DNA of 64,000 bases from Fistulifera solaris (lineage: Eukaryota). This document shows positions 50,883 through 62,221 of the stretch, in pieces. The notes below the pieces were generated by a model that saw only the letters and a program-made list of their open reading frames with translations, was not told the origin of the DNA and did not search any database. The stretch is taken from assembly GCA_030295235.1 (NCBI GenBank), contig AP026164.1:186001-250000 (forward strand), read 5' to 3'. Both the position numbers and the translations under genes were made by a program. Each line of letters opens with the position of its first letter. Position 1 is the first letter of the stretch.

Positions 50883-51059
50883 ACTTCCCTTCTCTTTTGC
50901 TATCATTTACCGAGTGCCTGGCTAACAACGCAGCATTTGGCTAGCGTATAATTTGCAAATAATTTTATCATTTGGATTAAGCATTATTTGTTTGATACAT
51001 GTGCCTGCCTTCACCTCATAAAATTTTAGCAAAGATGACGCCTTAGCGACTAGACTTTT

Positions 51060-52049
51060 TCAATCTTGCGGCGTTCTTTCCAATATATTTTTGGTAAAAC
51101 GAAACAGAGAAAACGACAGTGACGAAGCGATGGTAGTCTTGAGGACCGATGGCACGACACCTCGATAAAAGCTGAAAATCCCTTCTTCTCTCGCAATGCG
51201 TGTAACACAATCCATCATTCCTTTATAAGGCGAAATAATGTCACCACTGTAAAAGGCTTGATGTTGCAGTCTCCTCTTGACGGTATCCACTGGGTAAATA
51301 AGCAGTTTGCTCATCGCTCCCGCGATCGATCCAGCATAAGCAGACAATCCGACGCTTTTGTCTCCACGAGTGAGTGTATCATAAATGCCAAAGTTGAGAC
51401 CCATATAGGGAATGATTTGTACAACCGCCGGATTGACTCCCGCATAAAATCCTCGAATTCCTTTTTGTTGATACAACTGCACGACAAATTGGCGCAGTGT
51501 TTTGGGCGGTAAATTGATGGGGGGACCAAAATGTGGTTCCGCCATGGAACCAAAGGGTATCGATGACACCTGTGGAATGATACCCCGGGCAGCAAATGTC
51601 GTTCGACAAACATCAAAGGGGTACGTTGCCAATGTCGCAAAGGTCCCCGCTACCGCACCAGACACAAACGCGGAAGCTGTGGGCGGAAGAACGCTTTGAA
51701 TGTGTTCTTTGGTACGCCCATAAACAGAGAATTGCACTGCCGCGTAACCAATCCACAAGTAAACAGCCGCCAAGTTGCCGCGAAACAATGCCGAAATTCC
51801 ACCTTCATTTTGTACAATATTGACCCAAGACTGCCACAAACTCTCACTTGGATACAATGTGGCGGGCGTTAATTGTCGTCGAATGCGAATGAGATCGAGA
51901 GGAGCCGTGGCCATGCGAGAACCGGCTCCGGCGACACCTCCGGCAACCGCATTGTGCCAGGAGGGATGAGAAAGTGGTGTTGCGTCTTGCTTATCATCAT
52001 CGTCATCATCATCATCATCATCATCGGCGTCGTCGTTGTTGTGACTCAT
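51060..52049 (-). CDS. Mitochondrial carrier protein, thiamine-pyrophosphate carrier (TPC1/SLC25A19)-like
   Basis: Three PxD signatures (PLDLIRIRRQ, PFDVCRT, PVDTVKRRLQ). RGNLAAVYLWIGYAAVQF and QIIPYMGLNF resemble TPC1. Confidence 0.85.
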   Translation of the reverse strand: MSHNNDDADDDDDDDDDDDKQDATPLSHPSWHNAVAGGVAGAGSRMATAPLDLIRIRRQLTPATLYPSESLWQSWVNIVQNEGGISALFRGNLAAVYLWIGYAAVQFSVYGRTKEHIQSVLPPTASAFVSGAVAGTFATLATYPFDVCRTTFAARGIIPQVSSIPFGSMAEPHFGPPINLPPKTLRQFVVQLYQQKGIRGFYAGVNPAVVQIIPYMGLNFGIYDTLTRGDKSVGLSAYAGSIAGAMSKLLIYPVDTVKRRLQHQAFYSGDIISPYKGMMDCVTRIAREEGIFSFYRGVVPSVLKTTIASSLSFSLFRFTKNILERTPQD

Positions 52050-52849
52050 GATAACTCAATTCAAAGGTTTTATATGAGTAATACGTGTAACAAATTAATC
52101 CGTCTTTCTCTTGGCGTTCGAACAGCAAGTCGGGAGCAGTATTGTCAAGGCGATCACAGCGGAAACAACAAAGATAAGCGCTCGTTCTATTAGTAGCTCT
52201 GTTTCGTCATTCTCATTATCAGCATCAAAATTCAACTCTTCGTTCCTTTCCATGTATCACGTGCTCATTCAACCAGCATTTAGTCTTTTCTAAAAAATAA
52301 TTAATACATTTGAATGAATAATAAAGGAAAGTCAAAACAGAAACGCAATGTTGCTGTCTTTAGAAAGTGAAAAGTGATAGGAGGACTTCCACCTGTAACC
52401 GGATAGAGCGTCTTAAAGATTAAGGATCGAGGTGAGTGGAAACAAACCAACAAGCCGTTCATGACTGAATTACAGTCGTGGTTAAGTGGATACCACACGT
52501 TGGGAGTATTACAAGTACAGTACAAGTACTTGTACCAGAGTAGTCACGCGGAAACATCGTTTCGTCAACGTTTCGACGTAATGTGTCCATGCTCTACGAA
52601 GAGGTTTTCCTTTCATTGATATGAATGTCAAATTACCAGTGGGCCATCAAGCTTCAAAATCGAGTGAAGGTGAGGTAGCAATCTTGCTCGGATCAAGATT
52701 GATTCATGACTCATGAGTGAAATGCAATATTGGGAAAAGGTCGCACACAGAAGCCGCATTGTATTGAGGTTCATTCATTATTTGTTGACAGTTGACACGC
52801 TAATACAAGAACTATCACAACTCAACTGCAGCAAAACACGAGCCTAAAG

Positions 52850-53644
52850 GAATGCAAAACGAACGAACATGGCAATTCCGGGATGACTACTACAAGAAGG
52901 ATACCCAAGAATAAATTGTAGAACCAAGGATCGATCTCTTGGGAGAGATTGTCCGAGCACTTGCCTTCACACAATCGCACTATTCATGTACTCGAGATTG
53001 GATGCGGTAAATCTATTTGGCGAGAGGCTTTTGGAACTATTTGTTGAAGCAAGACGTTGATGCACATGTCATTGCGACCGACATTCGTCCAGAGTGTGTA
53101 TTGCGTTCAATCAACAACGTGATGCTTTGACACCAACCGAACCCCGCTTCGAATATCGAACACTAAAAAAAGTCGCGGGACAGCTTTCTGATCTCAACGA
53201 GTCTTTTGATATCATTCTCGATAAGCGATGCTTGGACACATAGTACGTTTGTATTTCGCAGTAAACAACAAGGTCAAAATCAACCATACGCTTTATTAAT
53301 TCGGACGGTACTCGACAACATTCATTGGTGGCTTCAACCTGATGGAGTTTACTGGGTCCTTACACCACGAAAAAAGTTTTGTTCGTACCGTATTTTTTGA
53401 GGATTTCAGACTGTGCAGCTTGTCGACCTGACCACGATCCCACGAGGCGAGCTGGTGTCAACATAATAGTATAATGCAAATACAGACGAAAGTGCTTTTG
53501 GTGATAGATGATGCTAGCTTTTGCTCCAACTGTCACATGACATTTTACGACTTTCGTTACGGACTAACTGTGGAAGGACGAGGGAAAAGCTGTGTTTGGT
53601 GGCAACAATGAAGAGGCCATTGTCGGCATTGCAAGCGGAAGTAA
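52850..53644 (+). pseudogene. Decayed class I SAM-dependent methyltransferase (EEF1AKMT4/METTL13-like)
   Basis: Fragments HVLEIGCGKS (~52985), VIATDIRPEC (~53068), FDIILDKRCLDT* (~53205), IHWWLQPDGVYWVLTPR and terminal GHCRHCKRK*, with in-frame stops and frameshifts. Confidence 0.75.
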
Positions 53645-53773
53645 GACCCTGCATTATTTTTACTTGCAATTTTCAATCGGACGGACATAATATATAAAAC
53701 GAGAAATCTTTATTTTTATAAATTTTGATGCACAAAAGTTTTTCAAAAATGATGGGCTCAGATCGGATGGTAT

Positions 53774-54589
53774 CTAAGCGGCGGCAGCAGTTATGCATTT
53801 GGATTCCGCAAGAAAGCCTTCCACTTCCAAAAAGAGATCCCGAAACTCTGACATGTGAGAATCAAACACTTTCGCCTGTTCGTTCAATTCGAGAATGGCC
53901 GCGAAAGCGACGAGACTTCGTAAGATCAGAATTGAGATGGGAAGATACTTGGAGGGAACATCCTCGTCCATGTCATCTTCGCACTGACCGCGAAGAAGAG
54001 AAAAGGCCAGGTTAAACAACTTGAAGGCGTTCTCGGAGTGTTGTCTTGCCTTATTTGGTTCCGAAAGCAAGGCCAAGCACTTATACACATTTCCATAGTT
54101 TTGGAGAATGACCGACGATTCCAGGTCCAGTTCCACCAACTCGTCGGCGTCGAAGGTTTCGATGCGAATGAGAAAGCAAGTGTTCTTTGTGAATACACTT
54201 TGACTCTTGAGAGCATCCACCACAACTGTGGCGGCCTCGTTCTCGGCGAGGAGGCAAAAGTCGATCTCTGCCCCTGATTTGCCGACGGAGCTTACGATAC
54301 TGTTCGCCAGATCTTGTCTGGCCCGGCGAAGCTTCTCACCAGCGGTAGCGATGGAGCCCATGGCACGCGGGTGCAAGCTCTTTCCCGATTCTTCCACAGC
54401 GTATCTGGAGAGGTCTCGCATGATGGCCAAGGCGTCGCCTAACGCGGCTATGGCAGGGCGGAAGGAATGGCGCTGGAGGAGAGAAACGCCAATGTTGTTT
54501 AAAGCGACAGCGGCTGCGTATGCCTCATCCAGATGAAAGGACATGTTATCGTCGGTGCAACTCATTGCTGTGAAGAGGGCGAAACTCAT
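53774..54589 (-). CDS. Hypothetical TPR-like helical protein ending in poly-Ala (paralog of 43261-44045)
   Basis: AAAVALNNIGVSLLQR...SSVILQNYG...ILILRSL...TAAAA*. Confidence 0.75.
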   Translation of the reverse strand: MSFALFTAMSCTDDNMSFHLDEAYAAAVALNNIGVSLLQRHSFRPAIAALGDALAIMRDLSRYAVEESGKSLHPRAMGSIATAGEKLRRARQDLANSIVSSVGKSGAEIDFCLLAENEAATVVVDALKSQSVFTKNTCFLIRIETFDADELVELDLESSVILQNYGNVYKCLALLSEPNKARQHSENAFKLFNLAFSLLRGQCEDDMDEDVPSKYLPISILILRSLVAFAAILELNEQAKVFDSHMSEFRDLFLEVEGFLAESKCITAAAA

Positions 54590-55199
54590 TATGATGAATA
54601 ATATTGATGGGAGGAAAACGGGCAAGTGACGAGCAGATCAGCAAGCGCCAAGCACAGAGTAAACAAGCAGCTTTCACTTTTCACAGTCGACGAGTACATA
54701 CATCATACATTCGCTCGTGTTATTTTTGATTCTCCATTCTCCCCCCAGAATCTTCAACAAGGAAACTGTTTTGACTATCGAATAATGCCAATGAAGAATT
54801 AATCTTACATTCTACTATCACGCGGAAGGCTAACTAAGCCTGCGATCGAGAATAGAGTGAAAAGTACAGATCTTCGATCTTATGGCCCGTGAATGACATG
54901 GGGTTCTATCATAAAAAAGGAATGAATGGCCCCCAAATGACACGAGGCTTCTTGGTGCTTCTTTCTGCAAATTTCGCTCGTGTTCGTGGTTCTTCATCAC
55001 CTCCCGAATAAAGTTTTACGGCAATTTTGAATTGCCCTACTTGTTGCATGTTGCATCTAACACAAGACACATTGCCACCTATGTATCAGAGAGGAGCAAG
55101 AAATAATCAGAAAAAGAGATTGCAGATCGAAGTTTTAGATGTACTTGTACGGAGTACAGAAGTTCGTATCTCTCTTCTCTCTTGAAAACGGTCAACCGG

Positions 55200-55335
55200 C
55201 AAGAGGCAAGAGTTAAGCAAGGGAGTCTCATGAATCAGGAGTCAAGAGTCAAGAGGAAAAGTCCAGAGTCCGGAGTTCGGAGGAGTCTTTAGTCGTCAGT
55301 CGTTACTGGTAGTCTCTAGAGTCCAGAGTTAAGAC
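55200..55335. repeat. Degenerate GAGTC-based low-complexity short repeat
   Basis: gagtcaagagtcaagagg...gtccagagtccggagttcggaggagtc...agagtccagagtt. Confidence 0.5.
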
Positions 55336-56215
55336 TTCAAGGTTCATTGCTTTGACTGTTCGCTGTTCCCAACTATTCCTGTTGGCTCCTGCTTCCTGCT
55401 CCCCCAACAATACTAACCATAGCGGAACAACCTTTCAAGAACCGTAAGAATGACGTTACAAGTTGCAATTCAGAATCGCAAACGTTCACACAAGATACTA
55501 GACAAAAAATCGCAAACGCAAGACGCAAGATAAAGATCAATGAGCATACTACTTCAATTTTCCATTATTAGAGTGGTGAGCCACCATGACGTTACCGCAT
55601 CTCCTTTCATTGATTTTTCTGTTTTCTGTGTCCTTTAAGACACAAATATTTGGAATTAAGCACTAGCGACATCATTTCTTTCAGTTACACCTTAACCAAA
55701 GATCTTGGCCCATGTACTCTTACGCCGAAACAGTCGACGCATAAATTTCAATTATTTCTCACGTCTTACGGAGCTCTTTTACACAAGATCCTAGGATAAC
55801 TAACACACCCTGTTAAGACTGAAATTGACTGGATGATGTTGTAGTATGAAGTACTGCTCATTAGGCTTCGTGGTAATCGATGTTCGATCTTTACCAGTCT
55901 TCGGAGCATGATTTCCCGTTGTTTACTGACGACAGACTCAACTTTTTCAGTCACGGAAACGATTTTGCGACGGTACGTCATACGTTATTATTTTTCGTCA
56001 AACAGTCAGTCACGGATGGTGGGCGACTGACTACAGACGGCATGTGGCTGCGTGCCTGCTTGATGTAATTAAACCAGGTACGGTAGCGGCGATCACACGC
56101 CTTTTATTTATTATGAGTGGCGATCGTTGCTGTTGCATTGTCTTTCCTAGCCTTCATACGACACTAATTATCTTGCACAATCGATGCCCATATTACAAAA
56201 TATATCAATTTTTCA

Positions 56216-58207
56216 ATGAAGGATTCGCGAAGAGCGCTTCCACGAGTTTTGATTGCTTTTTTCGGTGCGACTCTGATCGGCATTTCTCGCGCATACCTTC
56301 CGTCACACAACTACAAAGTATACCGAATTCATCTTTTCACAAGACAGGATGTTTTCTCTTTGCACTCGTCAAACAATCAGATTCAGAGTTCGCGGGAGGC
56401 TGAGGACGAAGAGACTTTGCGAGCCCTGCTCAACCAACAACAACAACAATTAAATCTTCTTTTGGATTTGCTACAGAAACAAAAACAAGGTGAAAGTCCC
56501 ATTGCAACGAGGGATTCACCGACTCCTACAACATATTCACCGCCAAGCACTTCTCTTGCATTGGCACCCTGTAAAGTTATGCTATTCATAGACGGAACAT
56601 GGCTGTATTATAGCCTCCACGAACGAAGTGAACGTGACTGCCCACTGATCAAGAAATATGGAAGAGGATGGCAGCACAGATATATGATAGATTGGGAAGC
56701 TTTACCACGCATTATTTGCGAAAAGTTACAGGATCCTGGGTGGAGGACAACATCCGACAATCAGTCCGATTTCCGTTCCCTGGAGGTCGTTCGAGCCAAT
56801 GTCTTCACCTCCTACAAAGCCGATACTTCGCCGCTTTCGTGGCGCTACCAGATGTTCGAGGACATGAAAGCAGCCAACTACGATGTTCATATGATGCAGA
56901 CCGTTGGTAGAGGAGAAAAATGCGTTGACATTCAATTGTAAGTTTATTTCAAAGGAAGAAGTATCATCAGAAACTTCGTTCAATATCTCAAACTTCATCT
57001 CACTTTTCGACTGCAGAGCAGTAGAGATGCTTCACTTCGCGACTGTACCACACGCTTACGACATTGCCTTGCTATTGACAGGAGACAAAGATTTCATGCC
57101 AGCCATGATCCGAACACGACAAAAGGGGCGAAAAGTCGGATTGGTTAGTCTGAGGAAAGGATGCAATCGGGCGTTGTACGAAACGGCCGGAGTGAAAGAC
57201 TTTGATGTTTGCTGGATGGAGGATTTCATTGACGAGTGGGTTAAACCACGTAACTTTCAGTCCGAGAAAAGATCACTTTACTCGACGCCGTTCTTTGTGC
57301 GCATTCTGGTAGATTTCATCGCGCATTCAAACTTGCCGCAAGTCTCTTCCAGGGATCTTGGGCGGTATTTGAAGTTCCTTGAATTACCTGGGAGTGATAC
57401 ACAAACTTCTGTTCTTAAAGAGCTAAAGTCGCTTTACGGAGGCCTTTCGCAGTTTCTTGCGAGTCAGAATGAAGTTTTTACCACGCACTACCGCAAACAA
57501 GGTACATTCAAAGAGGACTCGAGTGACAATTCATACTTTGTATCCCTTAATCCCGACGCAGACACGGATGCCCAACCTCCGTTTTGGTCAGGTCCAGAAC
57601 AAGAATTTTTCCGACAATATACAACGGATATATTAGAAAAACAGCGCTTAAAAGCATATCATCACTCATTGATGGTAAACCAATCATCATTGGGCAATGT
57701 GGAAAGTCAGCCGCATGAAAAAACATCCAAACTACCCGAAGACTTGATAAGAGATTATAGTGTCCTCACCGTAAACGATTTGAAAGCACGATGTCGGGAA
57801 CGTAATCTTCCAGTGTCTGGTGTAAAAGCACAGCTTTTGGAGCGCATTAAACAGGATAATGAAGAGCAAATAGCGCGATTGGTGAAAGAGAAGCGGCGCG
57901 ATCCTTTTCAGCGCCCAGAAGTCCTTCATTAACTTTAAGCCCCGACTACCTACATGACCTTGTCTTCGAATATGTAAAAGCTAGGGGCGGCAAAGCAACG
58001 TCCCGTGACGTGGGAAGATATCTCGCAGCAAATCGGGGGTCGAAATCAAGGTTCGGGGCTTATGTTGAAGGACTGACCGCTTTGCAAGAACTCAAAGATA
58101 GGTATGGAAGTCTCCTCTCATTTGTAGCGATACAGCCTGATCTCATTGCAACAAAAGCTGAGGAGACTGAGGATCACTCGTTTTTTATTACATTGAAAAA
58201 GCGATAG
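56216..58207 (+). CDS. NYN (PIN-like) ribonuclease with two OST-HTH/LOTUS-like domains and a SAP domain; intron 56938..57016, frameshift near 57905-57930
   Basis: VMLFIDGTWL; spliced EKCVDIQLAVEML; LLTGDKDFMPAM...RQKGRKV; SAP LTVNDLKARCRERNLPVSGVKAQLLERI; duplicated SRD(L/V)GRYL...ELK..YG(G/S)L..F. Confidence 0.85.
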
Positions 58208-58633
58208 CGACTTTTGAAGCTTGCACTAAAATATCATACAAAGCATCCTTATGATTCCATTGGGATACTTTGGCGACTGCTAGCCTCCTGCTTCGTCAGC
58301 AAAGTGGCAAAAAAGTAAAAGCTTCTAAAGCACATGAAGACAACGAATCTAGAACGTCTTTATTCATGATCATGTCCAGGATTCGTGGAACCGGGACGCT
58401 GCTACCCAGAAGCGATAAGTAAAAGCACCTTAGGTCATCGCATACAACACGTCAAAAAGCGTATCTTTTTTTCTTTAAAACCCCTTTCTGTTAACCAGTC
58501 CAGGCTGTTTTCGAATTGTTTGTTAGCCAACAACGACTGTAAAAAAATCATCTTTAGATCAGTATGAACTCAAATTCTAGTAAATATTATTATTGATTGT
58601 GGAAACAATTCGACACGACACTTCCGCGTTGCT

Positions 58634-59890
58634 TTACATCGCCAAGGAGGCACGTCGAGATCTCCGTGGGCGCCCACCATCAGGGCCACTCGGCGTTTTG
58701 GTTCTCAGCTGCGCAAATGTTTCTTCTCTGGTACTTCGTTCGGGTTTCGGTGAACGGGACCTAGTTTTGGACGGCGCCTTACGACGTGCTTGTTGACTGA
58801 CTTCTAAATCCCCAGCAGCATTGAGGCTGTGTCTTCCCGTTTCCGCGACAGCAAAGGGATCAAAGTTGACATCTCCGACCAGAAAACCGTCCGTGTCAAT
58901 GACCGTGGCCGCACCGCTCTTTCTGGCTTTCGGCCGCGAACCCGACTCGAAAGCATTCCATCCGTCATCTGATGGCCAACTTTGTTCGGGTGGCGCTGAC
59001 TTGGCTGGTTTAGTTGGTAGAGCGGCAGCCGTTGGCGATTTCTTTTTCAATACCTTCTTCTTGACGACTCCGGTTCGGCTACTACTCGGATTATTCCCGC
59101 TTCCAGTACTTCCCCCGGAGCTCGACGAACGACTCGGTCTCGTAGAAGGTTGCCGAGTCGTCTCTTGGCGAACATCGAGTGGAGCCCGGACCGCACTAGG
59201 AGTGGGAGCGGGTCTCCGCTTGAGCTGAGCCGCGGAAACAGCAGCGGGGCGGACCGCCGGCGGTGCAGGTCGACGAGCTGTTGTTGTTTGCGCGGATGGA
59301 CGTACAGAGCTCACCAAATTCTTGCGCTTAGATGGATTGAGTATCATGGGGAAGGAATGTCCCGGGCCTCCTCCAATAATCATAGGCGGCAAGGTGTCTT
59401 TATAATGCTCTTCGTCGGGAATATTCGTTCCTTGCATGACAGTTGGAGTCGTCAAATCACTGACAACGGAAATGTCATCCGAAACACCATGGCCCACCAT
59501 CGGATAGTTCGCATCGTCGTCGTCGTCTTCGTCCTCTTCGGATTCTACTTCTTGCGTTGGCTGCGGCGGAGGAGGTGGTGCTCGGGAGGAATTCCGTACC
59601 GCGCGCCTGTTTTCCGAAGAGCCTCCTCCTCCTCCACCTAGCGACCGCGCTTCCGCATGAGCTTCTAATGCCGCAATAATTTGAGGAGCTTCCTCTTGTG
59701 CTTGCTGCAGTTTACGAATGATGGCATCAATTTGGTCATCGTCGAGTTGTCGCACGCCATCCGCAATGCCTCCTTTTTTCCCCACCGATTTCGCTAATGC
59801 CCCGACATCTCCTGAATCAATGCCTACCGCTCGTAATAGTGTCACCAACCCATTCAAGCGTTCATTGACGGCATCCACATCAATTGACAT
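58634..59890 (-). CDS. Hypothetical Pro/Ser/Arg-rich, largely disordered protein
   Basis: Long ORF; probable start MSIDVDAVNE; DDISVVSDLTTP motif. Confidence 0.7.
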   Translation of the reverse strand: MSIDVDAVNERLNGLVTLLRAVGIDSGDVGALAKSVGKKGGIADGVRQLDDDQIDAIIRKLQQAQEEAPQIIAALEAHAEARSLGGGGGGSSENRRAVRNSSRAPPPPPQPTQEVESEEDEDDDDDANYPMVGHGVSDDISVVSDLTTPTVMQGTNIPDEEHYKDTLPPMIIGGGPGHSFPMILNPSKRKNLVSSVRPSAQTTTARRPAPPAVRPAAVSAAQLKRRPAPTPSAVRAPLDVRQETTRQPSTRPSRSSSSGGSTGSGNNPSSSRTGVVKKKVLKKKSPTAAALPTKPAKSAPPEQSWPSDDGWNAFESGSRPKARKSGAATVIDTDGFLVGDVNFDPFAVAETGRHSLNAAGDLEVSQQARRKAPSKTRSRSPKPERSTREETFAQLRTKTPSGPDGGRPRRSRRASLAM

Positions 59891-60630
59891 GGTTCTTTTT
59901 TTGTTTATGTGTTTTTTTGCAATAGTGACGTGACTATGAAACGAATGTAAAGTAATTCCCCGGAGACTCCTTTCGAATGACTTGTTACTCACACAATAAT
60001 TACGCTTCCCTTTTACAGTCTGCAACAAACGAGACGACAATAAAAGGATCACAAGAAGGAGAATGACAAGAAGTATAAGAATAATCAATGGAGGATGATG
60101 GTGTTCTATTGCGTCCTTTAGTGCCAGAAACCAGAAAACACCCCAAGGCAAAAAGCGGACGACGTGACGTGACGTGACTGCAGGCGAAAAAAGTGAAAGA
60201 CCCAATAAGTCCCAGGACTGGCACAGCTATCAAACAACCTGTAAGGCGAAAAACGCACAATGACTCTCCCACGCCCTTTTAGAAGGATGTTAGCTGTTCT
60301 GTTCTATGGGACAATCAAACGGTACTAAGATTACTGTGGTATTTAGTACAGTGCTATATCGGAGTATTTTGTATCCAATCGTAGTTTGAGTGCTGCTACG
60401 ACATTCTTTTTAGAAACCCGGAACTTGAAGTGGTGCTTCGACACGTCACGGACGCAGAAATGGGTTGCGGTTGCGGTGTGTTTCGTGCAGCATCTTTCGC
60501 GAGCTCGGCTCGTTCAACAAGCCGCGAAGAGCCGAAAATCTTGAGCCGCAACAGTTCTCGTTGGTAACCAAACCCCTTGCCGTTGTTTGTTTTTTTTAAC
60601 ATTTACTCCATTCCACAATCTATATTGATC

Positions 60631-62101
60631 ATGAAGCTTACAGTAACTTTGGGAGTGTTGACATCTCTTCTAGCGGGATCTTCGGCCTTTGTCGTCGCAC
60701 CGCAGCATCGTATGCCGTCGATGCAATTGGCTTCTTCGGTCGCCGCCGATCAAGCTCCTCCACTTTCTCCTCTCACACTATGGGGTGAACGTATCTCTGA
60801 TATTCGAAAATTGCATCAAGAAATGAGACAGAAAGAGTTGCCCGAGTTTGCTCCGGAATTATCGGCAGTCAAAGATCTGGCCTTGAAACGAGAGGATGTC
60901 GAGGCGCAACTTCAGTACGTCAAAGACCACGCCATGGAAATCAAGACAATGATGCAGAAACATGGAGCTGTTATTTTCCGGGACTTTGATTTGATGAAAA
61001 CACAAGACGGATTTCAACAATTTTACTCGGCTTTGGGAATGAAAGTGTGTTTGGATCCGTTGCATTCGGTATCGGCACGACCGACCGTTGATGGCAAAAA
61101 GAATTCTCCGGTCTACGAGGCTGTTAACAAAGAATCGCGAAAGAACTTTTTTATTGGTATGTATAGATGAAAATCCGTTGATTGAGCTTGGTTAGTGAGC
61201 GTGTCTCATCAAATCGATTTCAAAATTGACAGGAATGCACAATGAATTTGTGGGTACACGAGCCCCTCGTGCCGCCGCCTTTGTGTGTTTCAAGGCTGCC
61301 GAGACGGGTGGAGAATTTCTCGTTGCGGATGGAAGACGCTTGTTCCGTGACTTGGATGCGGACTTGGTAGAAGAATTGTACAACCGACAAATTCGTTATT
61401 CGGTCATGGAACTTCCCTTCTTTGGCTGGATCGATAACTTGCCAGGACCCTTACAGAACGTAGCCATGAGTGTTACGAAAGGGCTCGTTACGGCAGCTAT
61501 CAATGCTAAAGTAGACTTCGACGTGGATTTGTTGTGGGGTGAAGGTGGTTACGATAACACAAAGATGCTGCAAGCACGAGCTCCCAGTCAACCACCCATT
61601 GTCATTCACCCGGTAACGCAAGATCCCACTTGGTTCTGCAATGTTCACTCGCATTCCAGCAAACTTCGAAAAGATCGCGAAGCCATGTAAGTGTCTTTGA
61701 GTACCAAAGAAGTTCGTGTCTTGCTAGAGAAGAGCCACTCATATTTTGTCACTGCCGACAGCTACGGAGCCGAACGCTTCGAGGATGGCGCCAGTCAAAT
61801 CAACAAGTCCGATATGTTCTACGGTGACGACGGTGAGTTGTCAGATGAGCAACTGAAACAAATAGACGAAGTAACCATGAAGAATGTCAAATTTGTCAAG
61901 ATGACCGAAGGAGATGTTGTGTTGTTGGACAACTACAAAACGATGCACGGAAGAAATGTCTTTGATGGTACCAGAAAGCATGGTGTAGCATGGTTTGAAG
62001 GATGGGAAGGTGAAGAAGAAATGAAAAAGACGCTGGTAGGCAATGAGCAAACAAAGTCGGCAGCCTCTAGAAACCTTTTCTTTGCCGATGTTGCCAACTA
62101 A
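60631..62101 (+). CDS. TauD/TfdA-family Fe(II)/2OG dioxygenase-like protein, plastid-targeted; introns 61157..61232 and 61687..61761
   Basis: Leader MKLTVTLGVLTSLLAGSSA-FVVAP; HGAVIFRDF; spliced IGMHNE (HxE); GGEFLVADGR; HPVTQDPTWFC; GDVVLLDNYKTMHGR. Confidence 0.88.
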
Positions 62102-62221
62102 TTCGGAATCAGCCCATCATCCTACTAGACAACAACGAAGAAAAACTTAACTATAGAGTACCTTTGTATTACGATCTGGTTTCTTCTATTATTTCCTTTT
62201 TGTGGTCAATATTTGTGTTGT

